A DNA stretch of 64,000 nt, taken from assembly GCF_988242995.1 (NCBI RefSeq), contig NZ_OZ547043.1. One strand, written 5' to 3'. Shown here piece by piece: positions 1 through 16,218 of the stretch. Position numbers and translations under genes: made by a program. Below the pieces are notes generated by a model that was not told the DNA's origin, did no database searches, and saw only the letters and a list, made by a program, of their open reading frames with translations. Numbering within the stretch: the first letter of the stretch is position 1; each line of letters begins with the position of its first letter.

Positions 1-1023
<1,023 letters not shown>

Positions 1024-2106
1024 TCACTGCCCGCTTTCGAGTCGGGAAATTTGTCGCGCCAGCTGCATTAAAGAATCTGCCAACGCCTGGGGAGAAGCGG
1101 TTTGCGTATTGGGCGGAAGGGTGGTTTTTCTTTTCACCAGTGAGACGGGCAACAGCTGATTGCCCTTCACCGCCTGGCCTTGAGAGAGTTGCAACAAGCG
1201 GTCCACGCTGGTTTGCCCCAGCAGGCGAAAATCCTGTTTGATGGTGGTTAACGGCGGGATATAACACGAGCTGTCTTCGGTATCGTCGTATCCCACTACC
1301 GAGATATCCGCACCAACGCGCAGCCCGGACTCGGTAATGGCGCGCATTGCGCCCAGCGCCATCTGATCGTTGGCAACCAGCATCGCAGTGGGAACGATGC
1401 CCTCATTCAGCATTTGCATGGTTTGTTGAAAACCGGACATGGCACTCCAGTCGCCTTCCCGTTCCGCTATCGGCTGAATTTGATTGCGAGTGAGATATTT
1501 ATGCCAGCCCGCCAGGCGCAGACGTGCCGAGACAGAACTTAATGGACCTGCTAACAGCGCGATTTGCTGGTGACCCAATGCGACCAGATGCTCCACGCCC
1601 AGTCGCGTACCGTCTTCATGGGAGAAAATAATACTGTTGATGGGTGTCTGGTCAGAGACATCAAGAAATAACGCCGGAACATTAGCGCAGGCAGCTTCCA
1701 CAGCAATGGCATCCTGGTCATCCAGCGGATAGTTAATGATCAGCCCACTGACGCGTTGCGCGAGAAGATTGTGCACCGCCGCTTTACAGGCTTCGACGCC
1801 GCTTCGTTCTACCATCGACACCACCACGCTGGCACCCAGTTGATCGGCGCGAGATTTAATCGCCGCGACAATTTGCGACGGCGCGTGCAGGGCCAGACTG
1901 GAGGTGGCAACGCCAATCAGCAACGACTGTTTGCCCGCCAGTTGTTGTGCCACGCGGTTGGGAATGTAATTCAGCTCCGCCATCGCCGCTTCCACTTTTT
2001 CCCGCGTTTTCGCAGAAACGTGGCTGGCCTGGTTCACCACGCGGGAAACGGTCTGATAAGAGACACCGGCATACTCTGCGACATCGTATAGCGTTACTGG
2101 TTTCAC
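1024..2106 (-). CDS. lacI: lactose operon repressor LacI
   Basis: ORF 1024..2115; native GTG start at 2104-2106 gives VKPVTLYDVAEYAGVSYQTVSRVVN... (HTH) and 360 aa; track start is an in-frame upstream extension. Confidence 0.95.
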   Translation of the reverse strand: MKPVTLYDVAEYAGVSYQTVSRVVNQASHVSAKTREKVEAAMAELNYIPNRVAQQLAGKQSLLIGVATSSLALHAPSQIVAAIKSRADQLGASVVVSMVERSGVEACKAAVHNLLAQRVSGLIINYPLDDQDAIAVEAACANVPALFLDVSDQTPINSIIFSHEDGTRLGVEHLVALGHQQIALLAGPLSSVSARLRLAGWHKYLTRNQIQPIAEREGDWSAMSGFQQTMQMLNEGIVPTAMLVANDQMALGAMRAITESGLRVGADISVVGYDDTEDSSCYIPPLTTIKQDFRLLGQTSVDRLLQLSQGQAVKGNQLLPVSLVKRKTTLPPNTQTASPQALADSLMQLARQISRLESGQ

Positions 2107-2182
2107 ATTCACCACCCTGAATTGACTTTCTTCCGGGCGCTATCATGCCATACCACGAAAGGTTTTGCGCCATTCGATGGTG

Positions 2183-3016
2183 TCAACGTAAATGCACGCC
2201 GCTTCGCCGTCCGGCCACCAGAATAGCCTGCGATTCAACCCCTTCTTCGATCTGTTTTGCCACCCGTTGCAGCGCCGGAAGATGCTTTTCCGCTGCCTGT
2301 TCAATGGTCATTGCGCTCGCCATATACACCAGATTCAGACAGCCAATCACCCGTTGTTCACTGCGCAGCGGTACGGCAATGGAGGCGATCTTTTCTTCTT
2401 GATCCCAGCCGCGGTAGTTCTGTCCGTACCCCTCTTTGCGCGCCCGCGCCAGAATGGCTTCCAGTTTTAACGGTTCCCGTGCCAGTTGATAGTCATCACC
2501 GGGACGGGTGGCTAACATTTCGATTAATTCCTTGCGTTCTTGTTCCGGGCAAAAGGCCAGCCAGGTCAGGCCCGAGGCGGTTTTCAGGAGCGGTAAACGT
2601 CGCCCGACCATTGCCCGGTGAAAGGATAAGCGGCTGAAACGGTGAGTGGTTTCGCGTACCACCATTGCATCAACATCCAGCGTGGACACATCTGTCGGCC
2701 ATACCACTTCGCGCAACAGATCGCCCAGCAGTGGGGCCGCCAGTGCAGAAATCCACTGTTCGTCACGAAATCCTTCGCTTAATTGCCGCACTTTGATGGT
2801 CAGACGAAAACTGTCATCGGAGGGACTACGCCGGACATATCCCTCTTCCTGCAGCGTCTCCAGCAGTCGCCGCACAGTGGTGCGATGCAGGCCGCTGAGT
2901 TCCGCCAGCAGCCCGACGCTGGCACCGCCGTCAAGTTTATTTAACATATTTAATAACATTAGACCGCGGGTTAAGCCGCGTACGGTTTTGTATTCCGTCT
3001 GCTCATTGTTTTGCAT
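2183..3016 (-). CDS. mhpR: IclR-family transcriptional activator MhpR
   Basis: ORF 2183..3130; internal ATG at 3016 gives MQNNEQTEYKTVRGLTRGL..., 277 aa, divergent from mhpA. Confidence 0.88.
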   Translation of the reverse strand: MQNNEQTEYKTVRGLTRGLMLLNMLNKLDGGASVGLLAELSGLHRTTVRRLLETLQEEGYVRRSPSDDSFRLTIKVRQLSEGFRDEQWISALAAPLLGDLLREVVWPTDVSTLDVDAMVVRETTHRFSRLSFHRAMVGRRLPLLKTASGLTWLAFCPEQERKELIEMLATRPGDDYQLAREPLKLEAILARARKEGYGQNYRGWDQEEKIASIAVPLRSEQRVIGCLNLVYMASAMTIEQAAEKHLPALQRVAKQIEEGVESQAILVAGRRSGVHLR

Positions 3017-3206
3017 ATTAATTGACATTTCTATAGTTAAAACAACGTTGTGCACCTGGTGCACATTCGGGCATGTTTTGATTGTAGCCGAAAACACCCT
3101 TCCTATACTGAGCGCACAATAAAAAATCATTTACATGTTTTTAACAAAATAAGTTGCGCTGTACTGTGCGCGCAACGGCATTTTGTCCGAGTCGTGAGGT
3201 ACTGAA

Positions 3207-4871
3207 ATGGCAATACAACACCCTGACATCCAGCCTGCTGTTAACCATAGCGTTCAGGTGGCGATCGCTGGTGCCGGTCCGGTCGGGCTGATGATGGCGA
3301 ACTATCTCGGCCAGATGGGCATTGACGTGCTGGTGGTGGAGAAACTCGATAAGTTGATCGACTACCCGCGTGCGATTGGTATTGATGACGAGGCGCTGCG
3401 CACCATGCAGTCGGTTGGCCTGGTCGATAATGTTCTGCCGCACACTACGCCGTGGCACGCGATGCGTTTTCTCACCCCAAAAGGTCGCTGTTTTGCTGAT
3501 ATTCAGCCAATGACCGATGAATTTGGCTGGCCGCGCCGTAACGCCTTTATTCAGCCGCAGGTCGATGCGGTGATGCTGGAAGGATTGTCGCGTTTTCCGA
3601 ATGTGCGCTGCTTGTTTTCCCGCGAGCTGGAGGCCTTCAGCCAGCAAGATGACGAAGTGACCGTGCACCTGAAAACGGCAGAAGGGCAGCGGGAAACGGT
3701 CAAAGCCCAGTGGCTGGTGGCCTGTGATGGTGGGGCAAGTTTTGTCCGTCGCACTCTGAATGTGCCGTTTGAAGGTAAAACTGCGCCAAATCAGTGGATT
3801 GTGGTAGATATCGCCAACGATCCGTTAAGTACGCCGCATATCTATTTGTGTTGTGATCCGGTGCGCCCGTATGTTTCTGCCGCGCTGCCTCATGCGGTAC
3901 GTCGCTTTGAATTTATGGTGATGCCGGGAGAAACCGAAGAACAGCTGCGTGAGCCGCAAAATATGCGCAAGCTGTTAAGCAAAGTGCTGCCTAATCCGGA
4001 CAATGTTGAATTGATTCGCCAGCGTGTCTACACCCATAACGCGCGACTGGCGCAACGTTTCCGTATTGATCGCGTACTGCTGGCGGGCGATGCCGCGCAC
4101 ATCATGCCGGTATGGCAGGGGCAGGGCTATAACAGTGGCATGCGCGACGCCTTTAACCTTGCCTGGAAACTGGCGTTGGTTATCCAGGGGAAAGCCCGTG
4201 ATGCGCTACTCGATACCTATCAACAAGAACGTCGCGATCACGCCAAAGCGATGATTGACCTGTCCGTGACGGCGGGCAACGTGCTGGCTCCGCCGAAACG
4301 CTGGCAGGGTACGTTACGTGACGGCGTTTCCTGGCTGTTGAATTATCTGCCGCCAGTAAAACGCTACTTCCTCGAAATGCGCTTCAAGCCGATGCCGCAA
4401 TATTACGGCGGTGCGCTGGTGCGTGAGGGCGAAGCGAAGCACTCTCCGGTCGGCAAGATGTTTATTCAGCCGAAAGTCACGCTGGAAAACGGCGACGTGA
4501 CGCTGCTCGATAACGCGATCGGCGCGAACTTCGCGGTAATTGGCTGGGGATGCAATCCACTGTGGGGGATGAGCGACGAGCAAATCCAGCAGTGGCGCGC
4601 GTTGGGCACACGCTTCATTCAGGTGGTGCCGGAAGTGCAAATTCATACCGCACAGGATAACCACGACGGCGTACTACGCGTGGGCGATACGCAAGGTTGC
4701 CTGCGTAGCTGGTTCGCGCAACACAATGCTTCGCTGGTGGTGATGCGCCCGGATCGCTTTGTTGCCGCCACCGCCATTCCGCAAACCCTGGGCAAGACCC
4801 TGAATAAACTGGCGTCGGTGATGACGCTGATCCGCCCTGATGCCGACGTTTCTGTCGAAAAGGTAGCCTGA
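3207..4871 (+). CDS. mhpA: 3-(3-hydroxyphenyl)propionate hydroxylase (FAD monooxygenase)
   Basis: 554-aa ORF with N-terminal GxGxxG FAD fold ([18 protein letters not shown]); first gene of mhp operon. Confidence 0.93.
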   Translation: MAIQHPDIQPAVNHSVQVAIAGAGPVGLMMANYLGQMGIDVLVVEKLDKLIDYPRAIGIDDEALRTMQSVGLVDNVLPHTTPWHAMRFLTPKGRCFADIQPMTDEFGWPRRNAFIQPQVDAVMLEGLSRFPNVRCLFSRELEAFSQQDDEVTVHLKTAEGQRETVKAQWLVACDGGASFVRRTLNVPFEGKTAPNQWIVVDIANDPLSTPHIYLCCDPVRPYVSAALPHAVRRFEFMVMPGETEEQLREPQNMRKLLSKVLPNPDNVELIRQRVYTHNARLAQRFRIDRVLLAGDAAHIMPVWQGQGYNSGMRDAFNLAWKLALVIQGKARDALLDTYQQERRDHAKAMIDLSVTAGNVLAPPKRWQGTLRDGVSWLLNYLPPVKRYFLEMRFKPMPQYYGGALVREGEAKHSPVGKMFIQPKVTLENGDVTLLDNAIGANFAVIGWGCNPLWGMSDEQIQQWRALGTRFIQVVPEVQIHTAQDNHDGVLRVGDTQGCLRSWFAQHNASLVVMRPDRFVAATAIPQTLGKTLNKLASVMTLIRPDADVSVEKVA

Positions 4872-4872
4872 T

Positions 4873-5817
4873 ATGCACGCTTATCTTCACTGTCTTTCCC
4901 ACTCGCCGCTGGTGGGGTATGTCGACCCGGCACAAGAGGTACTCGATGAGGTCAATGGCGTGATTGCCAGCGCCCGCGAGCGTATTGCGGCTTTCTCCCC
5001 TGAACTGGTGGTGCTGTTTGCGCCAGATCATTACAACGGCTTTTTCTATGACGTGATGCCACCGTTCTGTTTAGGCGTTGGAGCGACGGCAATTGGTGAT
5101 TTCGGCAGTGCGGCAGGTGAGCTGCCCGTGCCTGTGGAGCTGGCGGAGGCCTGTGCGCATGCCGTCATGAAGAGCGGAATCGATCTTGCCGTTTCTTACT
5201 GTATGCAGGTGGACCACGGGTTCGCCCAGCCGCTGGAGTTCCTGCTCGGCGGGCTGGATAAGGTGCCAGTACTGCCGGTGTTCATCAACGGTGTCGCCAC
5301 GCCGCTGCCCGGTTTCCAGCGTACCCGCATGTTGGGGGAAGCCATTGGACGTTTCACCAGCACTCTCAATAAACGCGTGCTGTTCCTTGGGTCCGGTGGG
5401 CTTTCCCATCAGCCGCCGGTGCCAGAACTGGCGAAAGCCGATGCCCATATGCGCGACCGTCTATTGGGGAGCGGGAAAGATTTACCCGCCAGTGAGCGCG
5501 AATTACGTCAGCAACGGGTGATTAGCGCCGCTGAGAAGTTTGTTGAGGATCAGAGAACGCTGCATCCGCTCAACCCGATTTGGGATAACCAGTTCATGAC
5601 TTTGCTGGAGCAGGGACGCATACAGGAACTGGATGCCGTCAGTAACGAAGAGCTTTCCGCCATTGCCGGAAAGTCGACACATGAAATCAAAACCTGGGTC
5701 GCCGCTTTTGCCGCTATTTCTGCGTTTGGCAACTGGCGTAGCGAAGGGCGTTATTACCGACCAATCCCGGAGTGGATTGCCGGATTTGGCTCGTTAAGCG
5801 CCAGAACAGAGAACTGA
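4873..5817 (+). CDS. mhpB: 3-carboxyethylcatechol 2,3-dioxygenase (extradiol)
   Basis: 314-aa ORF starting 2 nt after mhpA stop; recognised MhpB sequence. Confidence 0.93.
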
Positions 5818-5834
5818 ATATGCAGGAGAAGATG

Positions 5835-6701
5835 ATGAGTTATCAGCCACAAACCGAAGCCGCCACCAGCCGTTTTCTGAATGTAGAAGAAGCGGGTAAA
5901 ACGCTGCGCATCCATTTTAATGACTGCGGACAAGGCGACGAAACTGTTGTCCTGCTGCATGGTTCCGGCCCGGGTGCTACTGGCTGGGCGAACTTCAGCC
6001 GCAATATCGATCCGCTGGTAGAGGCGGGCTATCGGGTGATCCTGCTGGATTGCCCGGGTTGGGGTAAGAGCGATTCGATCGTTAATAGTGGTTCGCGATC
6101 GGATCTTAATGCGCGAATCCTGAAAAGCGTGGTGGATCAACTGGATATCGCCAAAATCCACCTGCTGGGCAACTCGATGGGCGGCCACAGTTCTGTGGCG
6201 TTCACTCTTAACTGGCCGGAGCGCGTCGGCAAACTGGTGCTGATGGGCGGCGGTACGGGCGGCATGAGTTTGTTTACGCCGATGCCAACCGAAGGTATTA
6301 AGCGACTGAATCAGCTTTATCGTCAGCCGACTATCGAAAACCTGAAGCTGATGATGGATATCTTCGTTTTTGATACCAGCGATTTGACCGACGCCCTGTT
6401 TGAAGCGCGCCTGAATAATATGCTGTCGCGCCGCGTTCACCTGGAAAACTTCGTTAAGAGCCTGGAAGCCAATCCGAAACAGTTCCCGGATTTTGGCCCA
6501 CGTCTGGCGGAAATCAAAGCGCAAACCCTGATTGTCTGGGGGCGCAACGACCGCTTTGTGCCGATGGATGCGGGTCTGCGTCTGCTGTCCGGCATTGCCG
6601 GTTCTGAACTGCATATCTTCCGCGACTGTGGTCACTGGGCGCAGTGGGAACATGCCGACGCTTTCAATCAACTGGTGCTGAATTTCCTCGCACGCCCTTA
6701 A
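5835..6701 (+). CDS. mhpC: 2-hydroxy-6-ketonona-2,4-dienedioate hydrolase (alpha/beta hydrolase)
   Basis: ORF 5772..6701; ATG at 5835 ([14 protein letters not shown]...) preceded by aggag RBS; GNSMGG nucleophile motif; 288 aa. Confidence 0.88.
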   Translation: MSYQPQTEAATSRFLNVEEAGKTLRIHFNDCGQGDETVVLLHGSGPGATGWANFSRNIDPLVEAGYRVILLDCPGWGKSDSIVNSGSRSDLNARILKSVVDQLDIAKIHLLGNSMGGHSSVAFTLNWPERVGKLVLMGGGTGGMSLFTPMPTEGIKRLNQLYRQPTIENLKLMMDIFVFDTSDLTDALFEARLNNMLSRRVHLENFVKSLEANPKQFPDFGPRLAEIKAQTLIVWGRNDRFVPMDAGLRLLSGIAGSELHIFRDCGHWAQWEHADAFNQLVLNFLARP

Positions 6702-8463
<1,762 letters not shown>

Positions 8464-8467
<4 letters not shown>

Positions 8468-9477
8468 ACGATAAAAAACTTTATATCTCGGACGTCACGT
8501 TGCGTGATGGTATGCACGCCATTCGTCATCAGTATTCATTGGAAAACGTTCGCCAGGTTGCCAAAGCACTGGACGATGCCCGCGTGGATTCGATTGAAGT
8601 GGCCCACGGCGACGGTTTGCAAGGTTCCAGCTTTAACTATGGTTTCGGCGCACATAGCGACCTTGAATGGATTGAAGCGGCGGCGGATGTGGTGAAGCAC
8701 GCCAAAATCGCGACGTTGTTGCTGCCTGGAATCGGCACTATTCACGATCTGAAAAATGCCTGGCAGGCTGGCGCGCGGGTGGTTCGTGTGGCAACGCACT
8801 GTACCGAAGCTGATGTTTCCGCCCAGCATATTCAGTATGCCCGCGAGCTCGGAATGGACACCGTTGGTTTTCTGATGATGAGCCATATGACCACGCCGGA
8901 GAATCTCGCAAAGCAGGCAAAGCTGATGGAAGGCTACGGTGCGACCTGTATTTATGTGGTGGATTCTGGCGGTGCGATGAACATGAGCGATATCCGTGAC
9001 CGTTTCCGCGCCCTGAAAGCAGTGCTGAAACCAGAAACGCAAACCGGCATGCACGCTCACCATAACCTGAGTCTTGGCGTGGCGAACTCTATCGCGGCGG
9101 TGGAAGAGGGCTGCGACCGAATCGACGCCAGCCTCGCGGGAATGGGCGCGGGCGCAGGTAACGCGCCGCTGGAAGTTTTTATTGCCGCCGCGGATAAACT
9201 GGGTTGGCAGCATGGGACCGATCTCTATGCGTTAATGGATGCCGCTGACGACCTGGTGCGTCCGTTGCAGGATCGACCGGTACGAGTCGATCGCGAAACG
9301 TTGGCGCTGGGATACGCTGGTGTTTACTCCAGCTTCCTGCGTCACTGTGAAACGGCGGCGGCGCGTTATGGCTTAAGCGCGGTGGATATTCTCGTTGAGC
9401 TGGGCAAACGCCGGATGGTTGGCGGCCAGGAGGATATGATCGTCGACGTGGCGCTGGATCTGCGCAACAACAAATAA
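8464..9477 (+). CDS. mhpE: 4-hydroxy-2-oxovalerate aldolase
   Basis: 337-aa ORF, recognised MhpE. Confidence 0.93.
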
Positions 9478-9524
9478 TGATGACTGCCGAGAACGTGCAT
9501 TTTGTATGCCCATCCCAGCACGAC

Positions 9525-9560
9525 TGCCGGATGCGGCGTAAACGCCTTGTTCGGCCTACA
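9525..9560. repeat. REP (repetitive extragenic palindromic) element, enclosed by 8-bp inverted repeat tgactgcc (9481-9488) / ggcagtca (9576-9583)
   Basis: tgccggatgcggcgtaaacgccttgttcggcctaca; same family (opposite orientation) as the REP flanking the IS at 12847..12905. Confidence 0.75.
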
Positions 9561-9656
9561 TTTTCTTCGCCCGTAGGCAGTCATTAAATGGTTCTGATTA
9601 CGCGGCTGGCAATGTATCAGCCGCGATTCACCTGCACTCGCAACGAGGTTCATCTT

Positions 9657-10868
9657 ATGTCGGCTCGTATCCCTTCATCATCTTCATCCCGCCTGATGCT
9701 GACCATCGGGCTTTGTTTTTTGGTCGCTCTGATGGAAGGACTGGATCTTCAGGCGGCTGGCATTGCGGCGGGTGGCATCGCCCAGGCTTTCGCACTCGAT
9801 AAAATGCAAATGGGCTGGATATTCAGCGCCGGAATACTCGGTTTGCTACCCGGCGCGCTGGTTGGCGGAATGCTGGCGGACCGTTATGGTCGTAAGCGTA
9901 TTTTAATTAGCTCAGTTGCGCTGTTTGGTTTGTTCTCACTGGCAACGGCGATTGCCTGGGATTTCCCCTCACTGGTCTTTGCGCGGCTGATGACCGGTGT
10001 CGGGCTGGGGGCGGCGTTGCCGAATCTTATCGCCCTGACGTCTGAAGCCGCGGGTCCACGTTTTCGTGGGACGGCAGTGAGCCTGATGTATTGCGGTGTT
10101 CCTATTGGCGCGGCGCTGGCGGCGACACTGGGTTTCGCGGGGGCAAACTTAGCATGGCAAACGGTGTTTTGGGTCGGTGGTGTGGTGCCGTTGATTCTGG
10201 TGCCGCTATTAATGCGCTGGCTGCCGGAGTCGGCGGTATTCGCTGGCGAAAAACAGGCCGCGCCTCCACTGCGTGCGTTATTTGCGCCAGAAACGGCAAC
10301 CGCGACGCTGCTGCTGTGGTTGTGTTATTTCTTCACTCTGCTGGTGGTCTACATGTTGATCAACTGGCTGCCGCTGCTTTTGGTGGAGCAAGGATTCCAG
10401 CCATCGCAGGCGGCAGGGGTGATGTTTGCACTGCAAATGGGGGCGGCAAGCGGGACGTTAATGTTGGGCGCATTGATGGATAAGCTGCGTCCAGTAACCA
10501 TGTCGCTACTGATTTATAGCGGCATGTTAGCTTCGCTGCTGGCGCTGGGAACAGTGTCGTCATTTAACGGTATGCTGCTGGCGGGATTCGTCGCGGGGTT
10601 GTTTGCGACAGGTGGGCAAAGCGTTTTGTATGCCCTGGCACCGTTGTTTTACAGTTCGCAGATCCGCGCAACAGGTGTGGGAACAGCCGTGGCGGTAGGG
10701 CGTCTGGGGGCTATGAGCGGTCCGTTACTGGCCGGGAAAATGCTGGCATTAGGTACTGGTACAGTTGGCGTAATGGCCGCTTCTGCGCCGGGTATTCTTG
10801 TTGCGGGGTTGGCGGTGTTTATTTTGATGAGCCGGAGATCACGAATACAGCCGTGCGCCGATGCCTGA
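9657..10868 (+). CDS. mhpT: 3-hydroxyphenylpropionate MFS transporter
   Basis: ORF 9588..10868; ATG at 9657 gives MSARIPSSSSSRLMLTIGLCF..., 403 aa, multi-TM. Confidence 0.88.
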   Translation: MSARIPSSSSSRLMLTIGLCFLVALMEGLDLQAAGIAAGGIAQAFALDKMQMGWIFSAGILGLLPGALVGGMLADRYGRKRILISSVALFGLFSLATAIAWDFPSLVFARLMTGVGLGAALPNLIALTSEAAGPRFRGTAVSLMYCGVPIGAALAATLGFAGANLAWQTVFWVGGVVPLILVPLLMRWLPESAVFAGEKQAAPPLRALFAPETATATLLLWLCYFFTLLVVYMLINWLPLLLVEQGFQPSQAAGVMFALQMGAASGTLMLGALMDKLRPVTMSLLIYSGMLASLLALGTVSSFNGMLLAGFVAGLFATGGQSVLYALAPLFYSSQIRATGVGTAVAVGRLGAMSGPLLAGKMLALGTGTVGVMAASAPGILVAGLAVFILMSRRSRIQPCADA

Positions 10869-10969
10869 CGCGCCTTATTAAGTAGGGGCGAAAGGGACTT
10901 GCCCCCAATACACCTACGGCGTTTACAGGTATACTCGCTAAAAATTATTCAGCGGGTTTGGAAACAAAG

Positions 10970-11509
10970 ATGGCAAAACTTACCTTACAAGAGCAGTTGC
11001 TCAAAGCAGGATTAGTCACCAGCAAAAAAGCGGCGAAGGTGGAGAGAACGGCGAAAAAATCGCGCGTTCAGGCGCGTGAAGCTCGGGCGGCGGTAGAAGA
11101 AAATAAAAAGGCACAGCTTGAACGTGATAAACAGCTTAGCGAGCAGCAAAAACAAGCGGCGTTGGCGAAAGAATATAAAGCTCAGGTGAAGCAGCTTATC
11201 GAAATGAACCGAATCACCATTGCCAATGGCGATATTGGTTTTAACTTCACTGACGGTAATCTGATTAAGAAAATCTTTGTCGATAAGCTCACGCAAGCGC
11301 AGTTGATTAATGGTCGTCTGGCGATTGCCCGCTTGTTGCTCGATAACAATAGCGAAGGTGAATACGCCATTATTCCCGCCAGCGTTGCCGATAAAATTGC
11401 TCAGCGTGATGCCAGCAGTATTGTGTTGCACAGCGCGCTCAGTGCCGAAGAGCAGGATGAAGACGATCCGTATGCCGACTTCAAAGTGCCTGATGATTTG
11501 ATGTGGTAA
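10970..11509 (+). CDS. yaiL: DUF2058 family protein YaiL
   Basis: ORF track start 10958 is TTG; ATG at 10970 gives MAKLTLQEQLLKAGLVTSKK..., 179 aa. Confidence 0.85.
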   Translation: MAKLTLQEQLLKAGLVTSKKAAKVERTAKKSRVQAREARAAVEENKKAQLERDKQLSEQQKQAALAKEYKAQVKQLIEMNRITIANGDIGFNFTDGNLIKKIFVDKLTQAQLINGRLAIARLLLDNNSEGEYAIIPASVADKIAQRDASSIVLHSALSAEEQDEDDPYADFKVPDDLMW

Positions 11510-11524
11510 ACATAGATAAGTCGT

Positions 11525-12740
<1,216 letters not shown>

Positions 12741-12810
12741 AAATCGCGGAAGGGATGAAACAACAGCGCCTGACGGCGCTGTGTCTGGCATGCCTGCAAT
12801 CCGGGAGACT

Positions 12811-12905
<95 letters not shown>

Positions 12906-12912
12906 ACTATTA

Positions 12913-13746
12913 TTAACGCATATTCAGTTTATTGGCGTGGTAGGCAATATGCTCGCCAATAAAACTGGAGACAAAATAATAGCTGTGATCATAACCCTCG
13001 TGATAACGGATTAACGTTTTGATATTCATCTCCTGGCAGATCTTTTCAAGATTTGGAGTCCGCAGCTGTTCTGCGTAAAAATCATCACTCAACCCCTGAT
13101 CAACCATTATTTCCGCAATGCGTTGACCTTGTGAAATAAGACTCACCGGATCGTAATCCAACCAGGCTTCTTTATTTTCACCAAGATATGCGGTAAAGGC
13201 TTGCTGTCCCCACGGTACTTGCGATGGGGAGACAATGGGCGAAAACGCCGAGACGCTGACATATTCATCTGGATTACGTAACGCCAGCACCAGTGCGCCC
13301 AGCCCGCCCATAGAATGACCTGAGATAGACTTTCTGGCCGTTGCCGGAAAATGTTGCATCACTAAATCCGGCAGTTCGTTGCGGATATAGTCATACATTT
13401 TGTAATGTTCATTCCACGGCGCTTGCGTTGCGTTCAGGTAAAACCCGGCACCTTGCCCGAGATCGTAACGGTCGGCATCTGCGACATGACTGCCTCGCGG
13501 ACTGGTGTCTGGCGCAACAACAATAATGTTGTGCTCCGCCGCGTAACGTTGCATCCCTGATTTAGTAATGAAATTCTGCTCGTTGCAGGTCAGGCCCGAA
13601 AGCCAGTACAACACCGGCAATTTTTCACTTGCGGCTTTTGGTGGGAGATAGACGCCGACATTCATTTCACATTTCAGTGATTGGGAATAATGCCGATACA
13701 CATTTTGCCAGCCGCCAAAGCTGGCATGTTTTTCAATGAGTTCCAT
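12913..13746 (-). CDS. frmB: S-formylglutathione hydrolase
   Basis: 277-aa ORF MELIEKHASFGGWQNVYRHYS..., GHSMGG serine hydrolase motif. Confidence 0.93.
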   Translation of the reverse strand: MELIEKHASFGGWQNVYRHYSQSLKCEMNVGVYLPPKAASEKLPVLYWLSGLTCNEQNFITKSGMQRYAAEHNIIVVAPDTSPRGSHVADADRYDLGQGAGFYLNATQAPWNEHYKMYDYIRNELPDLVMQHFPATARKSISGHSMGGLGALVLALRNPDEYVSVSAFSPIVSPSQVPWGQQAFTAYLGENKEAWLDYDPVSLISQGQRIAEIMVDQGLSDDFYAEQLRTPNLEKICQEMNIKTLIRYHEGYDHSYYFVSSFIGEHIAYHANKLNMR

Positions 13747-13839
13747 CAGTCATTATCTCACGGTTAATCCCCCGGACGGCTGCCCGGGGAGAGTATTAAG
13801 AACCCCGCCTGAACTGGACGGGGTAAAACCTGCGGGAAA

Positions 13840-14979
<1,140 letters not shown>

Positions 14980-14983
14980 TCAG

Positions 14984-15259
14984 CTATTTAAGATAGGCAC
15001 GAACCAGTTCAATAGTGTCGTCAACGGATTGGCTGACTTCGCGGCTGTAGCAGTCATTTCGGTCAAACGTTTCCCGGATATGGCTTTCAAGCACTTCTGC
15101 CATCAGCCCGTTAGCCGCGCCCCGAACGGCAGCGATCTGTTGGAGTATGGCACGGCATTCGGCATCACCCTCCAGCGACCGTTCCAGAGCATCAATCTGC
15201 CCCCGAATACGACGAACTCGAGTAAGGACCTTTTTCTTCTCTTCCGGAGTACTGGGCAT
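14984..15259 (-). CDS. frmR: formaldehyde-responsive repressor FrmR (CsoR/RcnR family)
   Basis: ORF 14984..15280; ATG at 15259 gives [30 protein letters not shown]..., 91 aa. Confidence 0.9.
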
Positions 15260-15284
15260 TTCGCACCTCATCATCTGCACGCAA

Positions 15285-15335
15285 TATACTATAGGGGGGT
15301 ATGCTATATGTCAATGCATACCCCCCTATAGTATA
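15285..15335. promoter_or_regulatory. frmRAB operator/promoter inverted repeat with G6/C6 tracts
   Basis: tatactataggggggtatgc - tatatgtcaat - gcatacccccctatagtata, a near-perfect 20-bp dyad just upstream of the frmR start. Confidence 0.7.
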
Positions 15336-15443
15336 TAACACTGGAGAATAAAATTTATCCGGTGAATGTAGTCGGATAACAAAAAGTAAAGAGGGGCCTA
15401 ATCGACAGGGAAGGCCGCCCCGGATAGCGGGCGGCAGAAGCAA

Positions 15444-16217
15444 TCAGAATTTCCAGGTCAGATGGGCTGCAAATTGCAGACCGTTATAATCATCAGTTGG
15501 GGTGTCGTACCACACTTTACCTGCCGTCAGCCCGAGATTAAGTTGCTCAGTCAGCGGTTGAATACGTTGCAAACTGACGCTCTTCATGCTGCCGTAGCGT
15601 GTTTCTGGCGTCCAGTCATAGGTGTAAGCGCCTGTTCCGCGGCTTAGCCATAGTTGCGTATAACCAGTGCCGCGCGGGTCATTCAGACGCACGGAAATCA
15701 TATTGCTGTAACTACCACCTGCATCGCTGGAGTCATAATGGGTATAGCGGTAGCTGGAGATCACCGGGCCAGTATAGAGTGATACGCCGCCTTGCCAGGC
15801 ATCGACTTCGACATCATCGTAATATTTCGTGTAGCGATAACCGGTCGTGAAAAGCGTTTTTGGCAACAGTGCCAGGTTAATATCCTGACGAAAATCCTGG
15901 CGGGCAAAGACCGGCGTATTATCCGCAAAGGCAATACCCGTTCGGGTTGTCAGCCAGTTATTCCATTTATACCAGACCGCACCCTGACCGCGAGTGGCAT
16001 TGAAATGTTCAGTTTCATAATCACGACGCCCCTGGGAAAGATTAAAAAGCAGCGTTGCGTTTTCAACTTTCGCCACCAGTTCAGCATACGCTAAATTACG
16101 GTTGCCATGATCGCCAGAATAATCGGTAAAATCGTAGCCCGCGGTAATGGAAGTTAACCCGGCATAAGCGGGCAATGCGCTAAAAATTGCTGCCGCTAAT
16201 AACGTCCGTTTTATCAT
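15444..16217 (-). CDS. yaiO: outer-membrane beta-barrel protein YaiO
   Basis: 257-aa ORF with signal peptide MIKRTLLAAAIFSALPAYA and C-terminal ...HLTWKF. Confidence 0.88.
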   Translation of the reverse strand: MIKRTLLAAAIFSALPAYAGLTSITAGYDFTDYSGDHGNRNLAYAELVAKVENATLLFNLSQGRRDYETEHFNATRGQGAVWYKWNNWLTTRTGIAFADNTPVFARQDFRQDINLALLPKTLFTTGYRYTKYYDDVEVDAWQGGVSLYTGPVISSYRYTHYDSSDAGGSYSNMISVRLNDPRGTGYTQLWLSRGTGAYTYDWTPETRYGSMKSVSLQRIQPLTEQLNLGLTAGKVWYDTPTDDYNGLQFAAHLTWKF

Positions 16218-16218
16218 T

